Below, one piece after another: positions 8,700 through 17,673 of a stretch of DNA of 64,000 bases. Source of the stretch: a virus; the IMG/VR virus record IMGVR_UViG_3300032304_002285, positions 32,001 through 96,000 of that record; one strand, 5' to 3'. Under the pieces are notes generated by a model that was not told the origin of the DNA, did not search any database, and worked only from the letters and a program-made list of their open reading frames with translations. The position numbers and the translations under genes were made by a program. The first letter of the stretch is position 1; each line of letters begins with the position of its first letter.

Positions 8700-10865
8700 T
8701 TGATGAGCAGCTTTTACGGTAACTATGCCCAGTCTGATGTTCAAGATGCCTTGGCTGTTGTAGGGCAGGGGATGGCCAAAGACTACGGGATCAAAGTTGT
8801 GTGGGGCAAAGAGGGCAAGGTTCGGATTGACCTGGAAAACAAGATTGCCTATATCCCGAAGCTGGCTTGTGCTAGCGGGGATAATTTTGGTGCTGGTAAG
8901 GGGGACTTTGAGGAAGCCCTGATGTTGACCCGTGCGAATGTTGGTCATGAGTTTGGTCATGGTGCTCATACCAAGCTGGCGAAGAAGGATTATCCCAAGG
9001 GTGCTCTTTTCTCGATTTTGAATGCTCTGGAAGATGTCCGGATGGAACGTGCTGTTGCTGAAGATTACCTTGGGTTTGGTAAGGTGTTCAGCGAGGCGAA
9101 AGAGTGGCACAATAAGAAGATTGCTCAGGACGTGCTTGATGGGAAGGTTCAGGGGATTCCGTTGTGGGAAGCGAATTGTGCTTGCATCTTCCAGGTTGGT
9201 GGTGTTGCTCCTGCTTGGAATCTGAGTGAGCAGGCGAAGATGTATTTTGATGCCATGTATGAGGAATTTTCTGAGGTTCGGAATGCCAAGAATACCGGCG
9301 ATTGCTTGAAGATTGCCAAGAAGATTTATGAGATTCTGAAGAATCTGCTGAATGATCAGGAAGAGAAGAATCAGCCGAATGAGAGTGGGGAAGGTGATGG
9401 GGCTGATGGTGAGGAAGGGGAGGAAGAGAAAGAGGATAAGCAGCAGAAGCAGCAGCAAGAGGGGAATGGGAAGCAGAAGCAGCAGAAGAAACAACAGAAG
9501 AAGGAAAAGGGTGAGAAGGGTAAGGAGAAGGGGCAAGAGAAATCTTCCGGTGGGGAAATGGAAGATGAGAAGGAAGAGAAGGGGAATGGTAAGGGAGAGG
9601 AAGGCGAGGAAGAGAAAGAGGGTAAGGATAGCGGCAAGGGTGAAGAAGGTGAGGAGGGAGAGGGAGAAGAGAAGGGGAAAGGTCAAGGTGAGGAAGGTGA
9701 AGAGGAAGGGGAGGATGAGGGTGAGGGGAGTGGTAATGGTGAGGGGATGAGTGATGAAGAGGTTGAGGGTGATGATAGCGGGAAAGAGGAAAGCAATTCC
9801 TGCAAAGAGAAGCATGGTTTTGAGAATTATGACCCGAAGAATAGCGGGAATTGCCCTGATGGTGATGGGAGCAATGGGCTGGAGAAAGAGGATGAGGAGG
9901 AATTGGAAGCTCGGCTGAATAAGGAGAGTGAGGGACAGGATTTGACTGAACGGGCTAATGAGGTGATTGAGAAGGCAATGGACCTTGCAGATAAGCGTGG
10001 GGTTTATACTTCTCGTCGGGATTTGGATGAGCATCGGGTTCCGGAGCCTGGGGATGCTGGTAAGGTTCGGTTCAACGCCAATTTTGAGCGAATGCAGGCT
10101 GAGGTTGCTGCGATGACCATGGCCTTGGAGCAGGCATTGCGAGCGATTACCCGGAGTCGGAAGGATCAGTTTTTGCGGTATGGTCGGATTGATGGGAGTC
10201 GGATGGTTGAGATTGCCAAGGGATTGAGCAAGGAAATTTTCTATCAGAAGCGTCCGGGGAAGGAATTGAGTACGGTTGTTTCGATGGTTATTGATCAAAG
10301 TGGGAGCATGAGTTGCTGTAGTCAGGTTCGGGATTTGGTTATCTTGCTGGGTGAGTGTCTGAGTCGGCTTGGGATTCGGTTTGAGGTTGTCGGAACCACT
10401 ACCAAATTTGAGGGTGGGAGTTGCCCCAGCTTGGACACTTTCACCCGGACCAATCCGATTGTTTATGATCACTATAAGGATTTGGGTGAGCAATGGGGTG
10501 TTGTTCGCCATCGGATGATGAGCGTTGGGGCTTTCAAGCATAACATTGACGGGGAAGCTGTTGAGTACTGTGCTAAGCGGTTGAGTCAGCAACCTGAGGC
10601 TCGGAAGATCATTTTCAGCTTGTGTGATGGTGAACCGTGCGGTGGGCAGGGGAATGATGAGGATTTGGGTGAGAACATCAAGAGTGTTAGTGATCGGGCT
10701 TGGAAGGCTGGGATTGAGGTTTATGGGGTTGGTCTCGGAACCAAGCGTCCTGCCCAGTACTACGGGAATAATCACTTCATTTACCTTGACGGGAATGAAG
10801 GGATGGGGCAGAAGTTTGTTCGGGCTTTTGCTGAGATTCTGACTCAGGGTAAGGTTCAACTCTAA
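8700..10865 (+). CDS. CobT-like VWA-domain protein
   Basis: N-term GHEFGH and NALEDVRME, long G/E/K-rich linker, C-term MIDAS DQSGSM and LCDGEP. Confidence 0.85.
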   Translation: MMSSFYGNYAQSDVQDALAVVGQGMAKDYGIKVVWGKEGKVRIDLENKIAYIPKLACASGDNFGAGKGDFEEALMLTRANVGHEFGHGAHTKLAKKDYPKGALFSILNALEDVRMERAVAEDYLGFGKVFSEAKEWHNKKIAQDVLDGKVQGIPLWEANCACIFQVGGVAPAWNLSEQAKMYFDAMYEEFSEVRNAKNTGDCLKIAKKIYEILKNLLNDQEEKNQPNESGEGDGADGEEGEEEKEDKQQKQQQEGNGKQKQQKKQQKKEKGEKGKEKGQEKSSGGEMEDEKEEKGNGKGEEGEEEKEGKDSGKGEEGEEGEGEEKGKGQGEEGEEEGEDEGEGSGNGEGMSDEEVEGDDSGKEESNSCKEKHGFENYDPKNSGNCPDGDGSNGLEKEDEEELEARLNKESEGQDLTERANEVIEKAMDLADKRGVYTSRRDLDEHRVPEPGDAGKVRFNANFERMQAEVAAMTMALEQALRAITRSRKDQFLRYGRIDGSRMVEIAKGLSKEIFYQKRPGKELSTVVSMVIDQSGSMSCCSQVRDLVILLGECLSRLGIRFEVVGTTTKFEGGSCPSLDTFTRTNPIVYDHYKDLGEQWGVVRHRMMSVGAFKHNIDGEAVEYCAKRLSQQPEARKIIFSLCDGEPCGGQGNDEDLGENIKSVSDRAWKAGIEVYGVGLGTKRPAQYYGNNHFIYLDGNEGMGQKFVRAFAEILTQGKVQL

Positions 10866-10896
10866 GGCATAGGATAAGGGTTGAGAGAGGGAGTGG

Positions 10897-10974
10897 GTTA
10901 AGCTGCAAGGTTTTGGAATTTAAGATTGATTTGATTGATTTTCCTACTTATGTGGATGGGCTGAAAAGCCGTTA
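10897..10974. repeat. ~80-bp intergenic repeat, copy 1
   Basis: GTTAAGCTGCAAG..TTTGATTGATTTTCCTACTTATGTGGAT..GAAAAGCCGTTA. Confidence 0.9.
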
Positions 10975-11018
10975 TGAAATTGAAGACTGTCTAAGGTATA
11001 CGAATAGGAGAGTGATGA

Positions 11019-11594
11019 ATGCCAACAAAGATGAATAAGGTTTGCCATTTTCATGCTGGGGTTCATGACAAGGTTTACATTTTAAGTTTAAAGTATACTG
11101 AACGGCATATGGGTGGTGGGTTCTGGAGTGTGAATGCTTCCTGGGGGAGGCGTGGGGGTGTGTTACAGAGTGCGGTTAAATCTACTTCTCACACATATGA
11201 GCATGCATGGCATGATTTGTTCGAGATCTTCAAGCAGAAATTAGAGAAGGGATATTTGGATATTGAGTCTGTTGATTATCATGGTCCATTGAGCATTGAT
11301 AAATTAAAGGCTCATTTAAGTTCTGAGGATTTTGAGTTAGAGGATTTGGAATCGGCTTCTTCCCATATTGGGCTTCCTGATGATTATGAGCCTATGGATT
11401 ATGAGGAACCTGAGAAGCCTGCTATTGGGGTGAGGAAGGTGGTTTGTATTAACAACCTGGGATTGGAAGATAAGTTTGATGAGGGTGTGGAGTATGAGTT
11501 CCTTGTTATCCTAAAGGAAGCTGATATGCTTTTGGTTACTGGGAAAGACGGGAAGGCAACTGAGTGCTTCAAGGAACGGTTTAAGGGGTATTGA
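11019..11594 (+). CDS. WGR-domain protein with C-terminal 'CINNLG' domain
   Basis: WSVNASWGRRG...KQKLEKGY; VVCINNLGLEDKF...ECFKERF. Confidence 0.75.
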   Translation: MPTKMNKVCHFHAGVHDKVYILSLKYTERHMGGGFWSVNASWGRRGGVLQSAVKSTSHTYEHAWHDLFEIFKQKLEKGYLDIESVDYHGPLSIDKLKAHLSSEDFELEDLESASSHIGLPDDYEPMDYEEPEKPAIGVRKVVCINNLGLEDKFDEGVEYEFLVILKEADMLLVTGKDGKATECFKERFKGY

Positions 11595-11681
11595 GTTAAG
11601 CTGCAAGTTTTTTAGAATTGATCTTAATTTGATTGATTTTCCTACTTATGTGGATGGACTGAAAAGCCGTTAGGTTTTAGG
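11595..11681. repeat. ~80-bp intergenic repeat, copy 2
   Basis: near-identical to the copies at 10897 and 22696. Confidence 0.9.
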
Positions 11682-11693
11682 GAGGGTATATTA

Positions 11694-12143
11694 ATGGAAG
11701 AAGATCAATATGAATGGTCTGGGAATACGAAGATGATGATAGATGAGTTAATGAAAGCGGTGAAGGTATGCACACAGAACTATGAGTCTGGTTCTGCTGA
11801 TGCATTGAGTTATGCGGTAGAGGCGGCGAAGATTATAAATAAATGGGAGAAGGAATCTCATCCTGAGGAGGGTGAGGTTGATGGTATTGATTGGAAAGAT
11901 GGAATTAATTGGCGTGGTTTCAATCCTGCTTTTGAAGAGGATGATAGAGATTTTGTGAGGTGTGTAAATAATTTAGGGATGGAAGATCAGTTTGAGGATC
12001 ATGGGGTATATGAGTTGAAAGAGAGTAGTGTTGGGGATATGAAGGATAGTGGTTATACGGATATGATAACGGTTAAGAACAAGCGAGGCCAATGGGTAGA
12101 GTGTTTCAAGGAACGCTTTGAGTTTAAAGATGGGGATTTGTAA
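11694..12143 (+). CDS. 'CINNLG'-domain paralog
   Basis: VRCVNNLGMEDQF...ECFKERF. Confidence 0.75.
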   Translation: MEEDQYEWSGNTKMMIDELMKAVKVCTQNYESGSADALSYAVEAAKIINKWEKESHPEEGEVDGIDWKDGINWRGFNPAFEEDDRDFVRCVNNLGMEDQFEDHGVYELKESSVGDMKDSGYTDMITVKNKRGQWVECFKERFEFKDGDL

Positions 12144-12145
12144 GA

Positions 12146-12817
12146 ATGGATAATCCTGAGAGCATAGTTGAGAGAGAGAATAGAATTAAGGCTATGCTTG
12201 AACATGCTAATTATAATTCTGTATTGGCTAAATTAGATAATGGTTGGGATAGAGAGGATTTATTTCGTGATAAGGTTTATCCTGTACAGCCTAAGCGTGA
12301 TAATGATAAGGTAGTTCCTTGGAGTTCTGGTGATATTGAGAAGGCGGCTGAGGAGATAGAGAGGGAGATAGAGCGTCAGAAGAATAGGCCAAAAGAAGAG
12401 ACATCTGCTTTTGAGAGATTCCGGATAGAGATAGAGAAGCAGGCTATTCTGAAGAAGCAAAGACAGGCCAGGGAAGAGGCGGCTAAAGAGGCGGCTAAAG
12501 AGAAAACACCAGAGGATAAAGAGATTACAGAACAATATGAGAGGATGAAGCAGAGATATAAAGAGATTCAGCAGAAGAAGATGATTGAGAACCTGAAGGC
12601 TGTAAAGAAGCCGATCATGAAACCTGTAGAGAAAGTACAGGTTAAAAATACAATGTTCCTAAAATGCATTAACAATTTAGGAATAGAAGACAGGTTTGAT
12701 CTTGATAGTGCCTATGAGGGCTTTGTTCACGGTGATAAGGAAATGATATGGGTAATAGGGAATGATGGGAATAAGGATGAATATTTGAAGGAAAGGTTCG
12801 AGGAATTACCTGAGTAG
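12146..12817 (+). CDS. coiled coil + 'CINNLG'-domain paralog
   Basis: LKCINNLGIEDRF...EYLKERF. Confidence 0.75.
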   Translation: MDNPESIVERENRIKAMLEHANYNSVLAKLDNGWDREDLFRDKVYPVQPKRDNDKVVPWSSGDIEKAAEEIEREIERQKNRPKEETSAFERFRIEIEKQAILKKQRQAREEAAKEAAKEKTPEDKEITEQYERMKQRYKEIQQKKMIENLKAVKKPIMKPVEKVQVKNTMFLKCINNLGIEDRFDLDSAYEGFVHGDKEMIWVIGNDGNKDEYLKERFEELPE

Positions 12818-12839
12818 TCATAAGCCTGGGGAGGCAATT

Positions 12840-13490
12840 ATGATTTTCGCTAGATACATTGGCCCGAAGTTTGGAAGCAATTTTACTCCTGGGAAGATTT
12901 ATCAGGGGTTATATGGGTTTAGCGGGGCTGGAGCAGTAGACAGTGATCAGATATACATTGAGGATGATAATAGGGTAAGTGTATTAGTTCAGACTGTTTC
13001 TCATTGGTTTGAATTTCCAGCAGAGGTTTATGGTGTTGTATTGCATGATGTTGGTTTATTTAAGAAGGGTGAGGTAGTAGCCATTGTTGATGCATCGGAT
13101 GAGTTTTATGACATTAAGGGTAAAGGGTACTTCAAGGCTGATTGTTTTGAGGTATTGGATAAGACGAATGTAGTTCCTGGTGGGTTTGTGTTGAACATAT
13201 GGACAAAGAGATGGGAGAAGATAACTGCTGTAGATGAGGAATTGAATGTATGGGTAGAGGACGGTTCAGTGTCTCCTGTTTTAGGGTTTAGGTTTTTGGT
13301 AGGGCATGGTGGGGTATTGAGTGAGCCATTGGTGAAGTGTATTGATTCTAATGGTGTAGGGGATGAGTTGACAGAGGGGAAGGTATACCGGATGGTAGGG
13401 ATGTCAGTTGGTGAGGATTGGGTATTGTTGGCGAATGATCGGGGTGAGATACAGTCTTATATGTCTTCTCGATTTTCTTCAGAATTCTAA
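12840..13490 (+). CDS. protein with related small beta-barrel domains
   Basis: FTPGKIYQ and VKCIDSNG..LTEGKVY...SSRF. Confidence 0.7.
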   Translation: MIFARYIGPKFGSNFTPGKIYQGLYGFSGAGAVDSDQIYIEDDNRVSVLVQTVSHWFEFPAEVYGVVLHDVGLFKKGEVVAIVDASDEFYDIKGKGYFKADCFEVLDKTNVVPGGFVLNIWTKRWEKITAVDEELNVWVEDGSVSPVLGFRFLVGHGGVLSEPLVKCIDSNGVGDELTEGKVYRMVGMSVGEDWVLLANDRGEIQSYMSSRFSSEF

Positions 13491-13508
13491 AAGATTTTTC
13501 AAAGAGCT

Positions 13509-13537
13509 TTGGATTTTCCTGGGGTATTGGGTAATAG
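13509..13537 (+). promoter_or_regulatory. repeated phage promoter motif
   Basis: TTGGAT-N17-TAATAG. Confidence 0.65.
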
Positions 13538-13585
13538 ATAGAAGGAAAGAGATTGATTGAACCTGGGAAAAAGGAGTGTTTGGTT

Positions 13586-14866
13586 ATGGGTCCCAATGAG
13601 ATTGATGACATTGTGCTGAAGGTGAAGTCCCTGATGGGTGGGGCTGATCGGTTGGATATTTCGGTTTCTGATCCTCGGATTGCCGGGTATGCTCAGGAGA
13701 TTTATAAGGCCAAGGTCCGGGTTGCTCTGAGTACGAAAGCTCAGATTGCGACTTCCTTCCAGCCGAATAGCCAGTTGATTACCCTGTCCAAGATCGGGGC
13801 TCAGCCGGTTCAAGCTCAGCCGGTTCAGGTTCAGCAGGCTTCGGTTCAGGCTCAGCCGGTTCAATCTGCTCAGCCAGTCCAGGCCCAGCCGGTTCAGCAG
13901 GTGATTCAAGAGAATCCGGTTGCCAAAGAGAAGAGCAAACCGGTTGTGAAGCGTAGTCAGCACTCCTACCGTGCTCCCAAGATGATTGATGACGTGATTG
14001 ATGTTTTGGCTGATGATGCCAGTCATGTTGTCTGGTTCAAGGGTCCCACGGGATGCGGGAAAACGGTTGCTGCTCATTACATTTGTGAACGGATGGGCAA
14101 GAAGCTGTTCCAATTGAATTGCCATTACGGGATGGGTCCTGAGAGTTTGGTTGGGGAACGGACGATTGCGATTGATGAGAAGAGTGGGCAGAACCACATT
14201 AAGTATCAAGAGGGGATTGTTGTCAAGGCCATGCAGGCAGGGCTTGATGAGAACGGGAATGAGGTTGGGGTTCCGGGGTTGCTGTTCATTGATGAGGCTG
14301 GGGCAATGAGTCCTCAGATTGCCATCATGTTGAATCGGTTGCTTGAGAGTGATGATCCTCGGCGCACGATTACTCTGGAGCATGATGGTGGGCGGATTGT
14401 CCGGAGTCATAGTGGGTTCCGGATTATCCTGGCGGCTAATACGTGTGGACGTGGGGCTAACACCATGGCTGAGAGCATGTACACTGCTCAGACTGATGCT
14501 CTGGACATTAGCTTGCTGAATCGAATTGCTGCGGTGTTCCGGTTTGGTTATGATCGGGACGTTGAGAAGGCAATTCTGATGGAGAAGACTGGGGATGATA
14601 AAGTTGTCCGGAATCTGATCCTGTTCCGGGATGAGGTTCGGCAGGCGATTAAGGCGGGGCGGTTGAGTACTCCCTTCTCGACTCGTCACATTGTCAAGAT
14701 TGCGGATATGTTCCGGATTTTCCATGACATTCCGAAGGCGATTTACTTGGCGGTGATGGAGCAGCTTCTTCCTCAAGAGGTTGTGACTTACAATGAGATT
14801 ATTCACTCCAAGTTTGGGAAAGATCCGGTTAAGGAAAACACTCAGTCGAATGTGGATTACATGTAA
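13586..14866 (+). CDS. CobS/MoxR-family AAA+ ATPase
   Basis: GPTGCGKT, LFIDEAG, AANTCGRG, SLLNR; ATG 13586 after AAGGAG. Confidence 0.85.
   Translation: MGPNEIDDIVLKVKSLMGGADRLDISVSDPRIAGYAQEIYKAKVRVALSTKAQIATSFQPNSQLITLSKIGAQPVQAQPVQVQQASVQAQPVQSAQPVQAQPVQQVIQENPVAKEKSKPVVKRSQHSYRAPKMIDDVIDVLADDASHVVWFKGPTGCGKTVAAHYICERMGKKLFQLNCHYGMGPESLVGERTIAIDEKSGQNHIKYQEGIVVKAMQAGLDENGNEVGVPGLLFIDEAGAMSPQIAIMLNRLLESDDPRRTITLEHDGGRIVRSHSGFRIILAANTCGRGANTMAESMYTAQTDALDISLLNRIAAVFRFGYDRDVEKAILMEKTGDDKVVRNLILFRDEVRQAIKAGRLSTPFSTRHIVKIADMFRIFHDIPKAIYLAVMEQLLPQEVVTYNEIIHSKFGKDPVKENTQSNVDYM
13799..13900 (+). repeat. 15-nt coding repeats (AQPVQ)n
   Basis: GCTCAGCCGGTTCA(A/G) units in the AAA N-terminal linker. 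Confidence 0.8.
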
Positions 14867-14886
14867 GAGGGAAGGGAGAGGGCAAG

Positions 14887-15081
14887 ATGGAAAATCGGGA
14901 ATTGATTGAGAAGTTGTTGAAGATGATCCAGGGGACGAAGCAGGATGGTGAGGTTACGGTTGGGGATTTTTGGGGGAGTGTGGTGAAGATTGGGGTTTAT
15001 TGGAATTTTGTGATTGTGAACAAGAAGACTGATGAGAAGTCTCATTGGCGAGAGAGTCTGGCGGTTGATCGGGGTTTTTGA
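14887..15081 (+). CDS. hypothetical protein
   Basis: ATG, GGAG RBS. Confidence 0.6.
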   Translation: MENRELIEKLLKMIQGTKQDGEVTVGDFWGSVVKIGVYWNFVIVNKKTDEKSHWRESLAVDRGF

Positions 15082-15118
15082 TCTGGGTCAATGCCCCAGA
15101 TGAGAGTAGGGGGTTCAC

Positions 15119-15325
15119 ATGACACTTGATGAGAGATTCCAGGCATTGAGGAAGACAAGTAAGAGGTGGAAGAAGGAAAGGCGGGAGTTGGAGAAGAAGC
15201 TGGGGATAGTGAAGGATGAGCGGGACAGTCTGAAGAAAGAAGTTGCTCACCTTGAAGAGAGAGTTTCTGAGGAGTATTGGCGAGGGATGGATATTGGCAG
15301 GGGTATTGACAGTGACGATTGGTAA
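15119..15325 (+). CDS. coiled-coil hypothetical protein
   Basis: heptad-rich 68 aa. Confidence 0.6.
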   Translation: MTLDERFQALRKTSKRWKKERRELEKKLGIVKDERDSLKKEVAHLEERVSEEYWRGMDIGRGIDSDDW

Positions 15326-15343
15326 ATAAAGGAAAAGGGCAAA

Positions 15344-15652
15344 ATGGAAGCAAAGCATTCAAAAGGACCTTGGGGAGCATCGGCTACCCCAGTGATTGAC
15401 AGAGAGAACATTCGGAATATTACAGATGAAGATGGGAACTTGGTTGCCCAAATTCGTTGTCGGGGAATGGGAAAAGACCAAGAGGCTTTGGCGAATGCTC
15501 GGTTGATTGTTGCTGCTCCTGATATGCTGGAAGCATTGGACAAAGCGTTTACTTTGCTTTCGGAGCATCCAGAATCGAAACAGGGGAACAGCAAGATTCA
15601 CTATGTAATGCACCTTGTTGAGTCTATCAGGGATAAAGCCATCAAGGAATAA
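15344..15652 (+). CDS. phage hypothetical protein
   Basis: KHSKGPW...ANARLIVAAPDMLEAL, a motif common in phage early genes. Confidence 0.75.
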   Translation: MEAKHSKGPWGASATPVIDRENIRNITDEDGNLVAQIRCRGMGKDQEALANARLIVAAPDMLEALDKAFTLLSEHPESKQGNSKIHYVMHLVESIRDKAIKE

Positions 15653-15679
15653 GAAATTAAGGGCAGATTGAGGTATTAA

Positions 15680-15715
15680 GGCTGGTGGGGATAATCCTAC
15701 CAGTCTTTTTTTTAT
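15680..15715 (+). terminator. intrinsic terminator
   Basis: GCTGGTGGG/CCTACCAGT stem plus T run. Confidence 0.65.
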
Positions 15716-15767
15716 TTCTCAGGCTATAGTATTAAATAAGGTAGTAAAAGCTTGGAGGAGAGGATTT

Positions 15768-16160
15768 ATGAGGAATGATGGTCCCAGTCGGTATTTAATT
15801 TATGAGATGTTGAATCGTCATGTAGATATTCAGATTCACAATGGGAAGCGATATTCAGGCTTTGTTAGTAGGGTTTATAGGAATGTTTTAGACAATCAGG
15901 TTGAGTTAACGATAGGCGGGAAGGTTCGGTGTTTTGAGGAACCCAATTTGATTGTACAGGATGGTGAGGAATTGGTTTTCATTTATGGACACATTACTCT
16001 CTCAGATGAATCAGATGATGCTTTATTTGCTGAGGCAAGGATGTCCAGTCATTCAGGGGAGAGCATGGATGATATCATCAAGAGAACCAATCAGGCTCTA
16101 AAGAAAGAGTCTAGATTTAAGCTTGGAGAAAAATTGGAGACAAAGAAGGAACTTACGTAA
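15768..16160 (+). CDS. hypothetical protein, possible Sm-like fold
   Basis: HVDIQIHNGKRYSGFVSRV resembles Sm1; family call weak. Confidence 0.55.
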   Translation: MRNDGPSRYLIYEMLNRHVDIQIHNGKRYSGFVSRVYRNVLDNQVELTIGGKVRCFEEPNLIVQDGEELVFIYGHITLSDESDDALFAEARMSSHSGESMDDIIKRTNQALKKESRFKLGEKLETKKELT

Positions 16161-16190
16161 GTAGTTGGTTTCTAATACATTAGGCTGTCT

Positions 16191-16224
16191 AAACCCGACA
16201 CATTAGGAGTCGGGTTTTCCTTTT
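16191..16224 (+). terminator. intrinsic terminator
   Basis: AAACCCGAC/GTCGGGTTT stem plus T tract. Confidence 0.65.
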
Positions 16225-16259
16225 CTCTGGAGAAAGATCAAAAGATTTTTTAGAGAGCT

Positions 16260-16287
16260 TTGGATTTTAGGAGAGTGAAGGTAATAC
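16260..16287 (+). promoter_or_regulatory. repeated phage promoter motif
   Basis: TTGGAT-N16-TAATAC. Confidence 0.65.
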
Positions 16288-16338
16288 ATAGATGTAAGAG
16301 AGAGAGAGAGTCAACTGAGCGAAAAGGAGAATGTGACC

Positions 16339-16737
16339 ATGGCGAAGCAACTCGAAGGTTTGGGCGTGATTGAGTTGAAGGCTCTGGCGGCGATGGTTGG
16401 GGATGCGGTTGCCAAGGAAGCCAGCAGCAAGATTCCGGTTGGTCCTCACGTGGTTGATTTCATGGTTCAGATCAAGGGGTTGCTGGTGAAGGGTGCTGAC
16501 TATGAGGGTGAGATTGTGGCGAAGGCTGATCCTTGGCTGTTGCTGGCGGTTGCTCTGAGCCACCTCAACGGGAAGACGGTGGACTCGATTGTGAAGGAAG
16601 CTCTGAGTGCTGATCCCGCTTTGGCTGACAGTCTGAAGGTTCAGGCTCAGAAGGCTCTGGAAGCGGTGAAGGGTCCGACGAAGACGAATTGCAACGGGAA
16701 GGTGACGTGCAAGTTGAGTGCGGCGAAGGTGGTTTAA
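16339..16737 (+). CDS. hypothetical protein
   Basis: ATG 16339 after AAGGAG. Confidence 0.75.
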   Translation: MAKQLEGLGVIELKALAAMVGDAVAKEASSKIPVGPHVVDFMVQIKGLLVKGADYEGEIVAKADPWLLLAVALSHLNGKTVDSIVKEALSADPALADSLKVQAQKALEAVKGPTKTNCNGKVTCKLSAAKVV

Positions 16738-16794
16738 GGGGGTCCTGGGGGAGGGGTGAAAGCCTCTCCCTTTTTGATTCAAGAGGAGATTGAG

Positions 16795-16998
16795 ATGAAG
16801 AGACGTGATGCTGAGCAGTTGGCCTTGCTTGCGGCGAAGGGTGGCGGGGAAACCTTGTATGTGGTTTCCTTTGACATGGGTGCTGGGAAGGAGTACGGGA
16901 TATCGACTAAGGTAGGGATTGAGGCTGAGGAGTTTGTGAAGTGTGCGGGGAAGGTTGAGGCTGAGGTTCCGGCTTCAGGGGACATTGTTTGGTTTTAA
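16795..16998 (+). CDS. hypothetical protein
   Basis: ATG 16795 after GAGGAG. Confidence 0.6.
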   Translation: MKRRDAEQLALLAAKGGGETLYVVSFDMGAGKEYGISTKVGIEAEEFVKCAGKVEAEVPASGDIVWF

Positions 16999-17015
16999 GA
17001 TGGAGGGAAGTGGAG

Positions 17016-17159
17016 ATGGAGGCGATTCATGTTTTGAAGGCTATGCTGCTGTGTCTTGGGATTACCATGATGATCATTGATGGGATTCGGTTGTATTCGG
17101 AACAGAAGATCATGCCATGTATTCATGGGTTGATTTGGGGTTTGTTTTATCTTCTTTAA
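17016..17159 (+). CDS. 47-aa hydrophobic (membrane) microprotein, not in ORF track
   Basis: MEAIHVLKAMLLCLGITMMIIDG...IHGLIWGLFYLL*; flanked by 25-bp direct repeats. Confidence 0.55.
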   Translation: MEAIHVLKAMLLCLGITMMIIDGIRLYSEQKIMPCIHGLIWGLFYLL

Positions 17160-17176
17160 GATGGAGGGAAGTGGAG

Positions 17177-17365
17177 ATGAGCAGGGATCAAGCTTTTGCT
17201 GAGTTTTGCCGGAAAGCTACTGACAAGCAGTTATTGAACATTATCCAGAAGGAACATGTGTTGGGGCATCATATTGATCGGGATCTTGCTGAGGCTGAGG
17301 CAGATAAGCGGGGGTTCAGCGGGGTTGATATCAAGAAGGCTCGGAAGCAAGGGAGTGGAAAATAA
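17177..17365 (+). CDS. hypothetical protein
   Basis: ATG inside the second copy of the 25-bp repeat. Confidence 0.6.
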   Translation: MSRDQAFAEFCRKATDKQLLNIIQKEHVLGHHIDRDLAEAEADKRGFSGVDIKKARKQGSGK

Positions 17366-17381
17366 GGAGGATTAAGGGGAA

Positions 17382-17606
17382 ATGATTATGGCTGATTATT
17401 ATCCAAAGTATTATGTGAAGGACACTCCTTGTTATCCTTGTCGTTGGAAGGTTACGGATCAGTGGGATTCGAGTAATGCGACTCACTTGTATCATCGGAC
17501 TGAGTTAGAGGCTCAGATTGAAGCTGACAGGAAGAATGCTGAGGTTGAGAAGGAGAAGGAACTCCTAGCCAAGGAAAATCTAAAGAACCAGAAAAGTATT
17601 TTATAA
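17382..17606 (+). CDS. hypothetical protein
   Basis: ORF with GGAGG upstream. Confidence 0.55.
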   Translation: MIMADYYPKYYVKDTPCYPCRWKVTDQWDSSNATHLYHRTELEAQIEADRKNAEVEKEKELLAKENLKNQKSIL

Positions 17607-17611
17607 GATCT

Positions 17612-17639
17612 TTGGATTTTCCTCTCCTCCTGGTAATAG
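17612..17639 (+). promoter_or_regulatory. repeated phage promoter motif
   Basis: TTGGAT-N16-TAATAG. Confidence 0.65.
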
Positions 17640-17673
17640 ATAGATGTAAGATGAATCAACCAAGGAGTGAGAG

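Noticed and set aside
9360-9790. Separate collagen-like or repeat protein in the G/E/K-rich stretch
   Set aside because: It is the in-frame low-complexity linker of the VWA protein, with no Gly-X-Y periodicity.
8571-10859. 762-aa minus-strand ORF and other long antisense ORFs (e.g. 13499-14806, 19436-20206, 25149-25880, 43009-43935)
   Set aside because: They lie opposite well-motifed + strand genes, are L/P/I/S/F-rich with no motifs, and are expected when + strand codons are G/T-rich.
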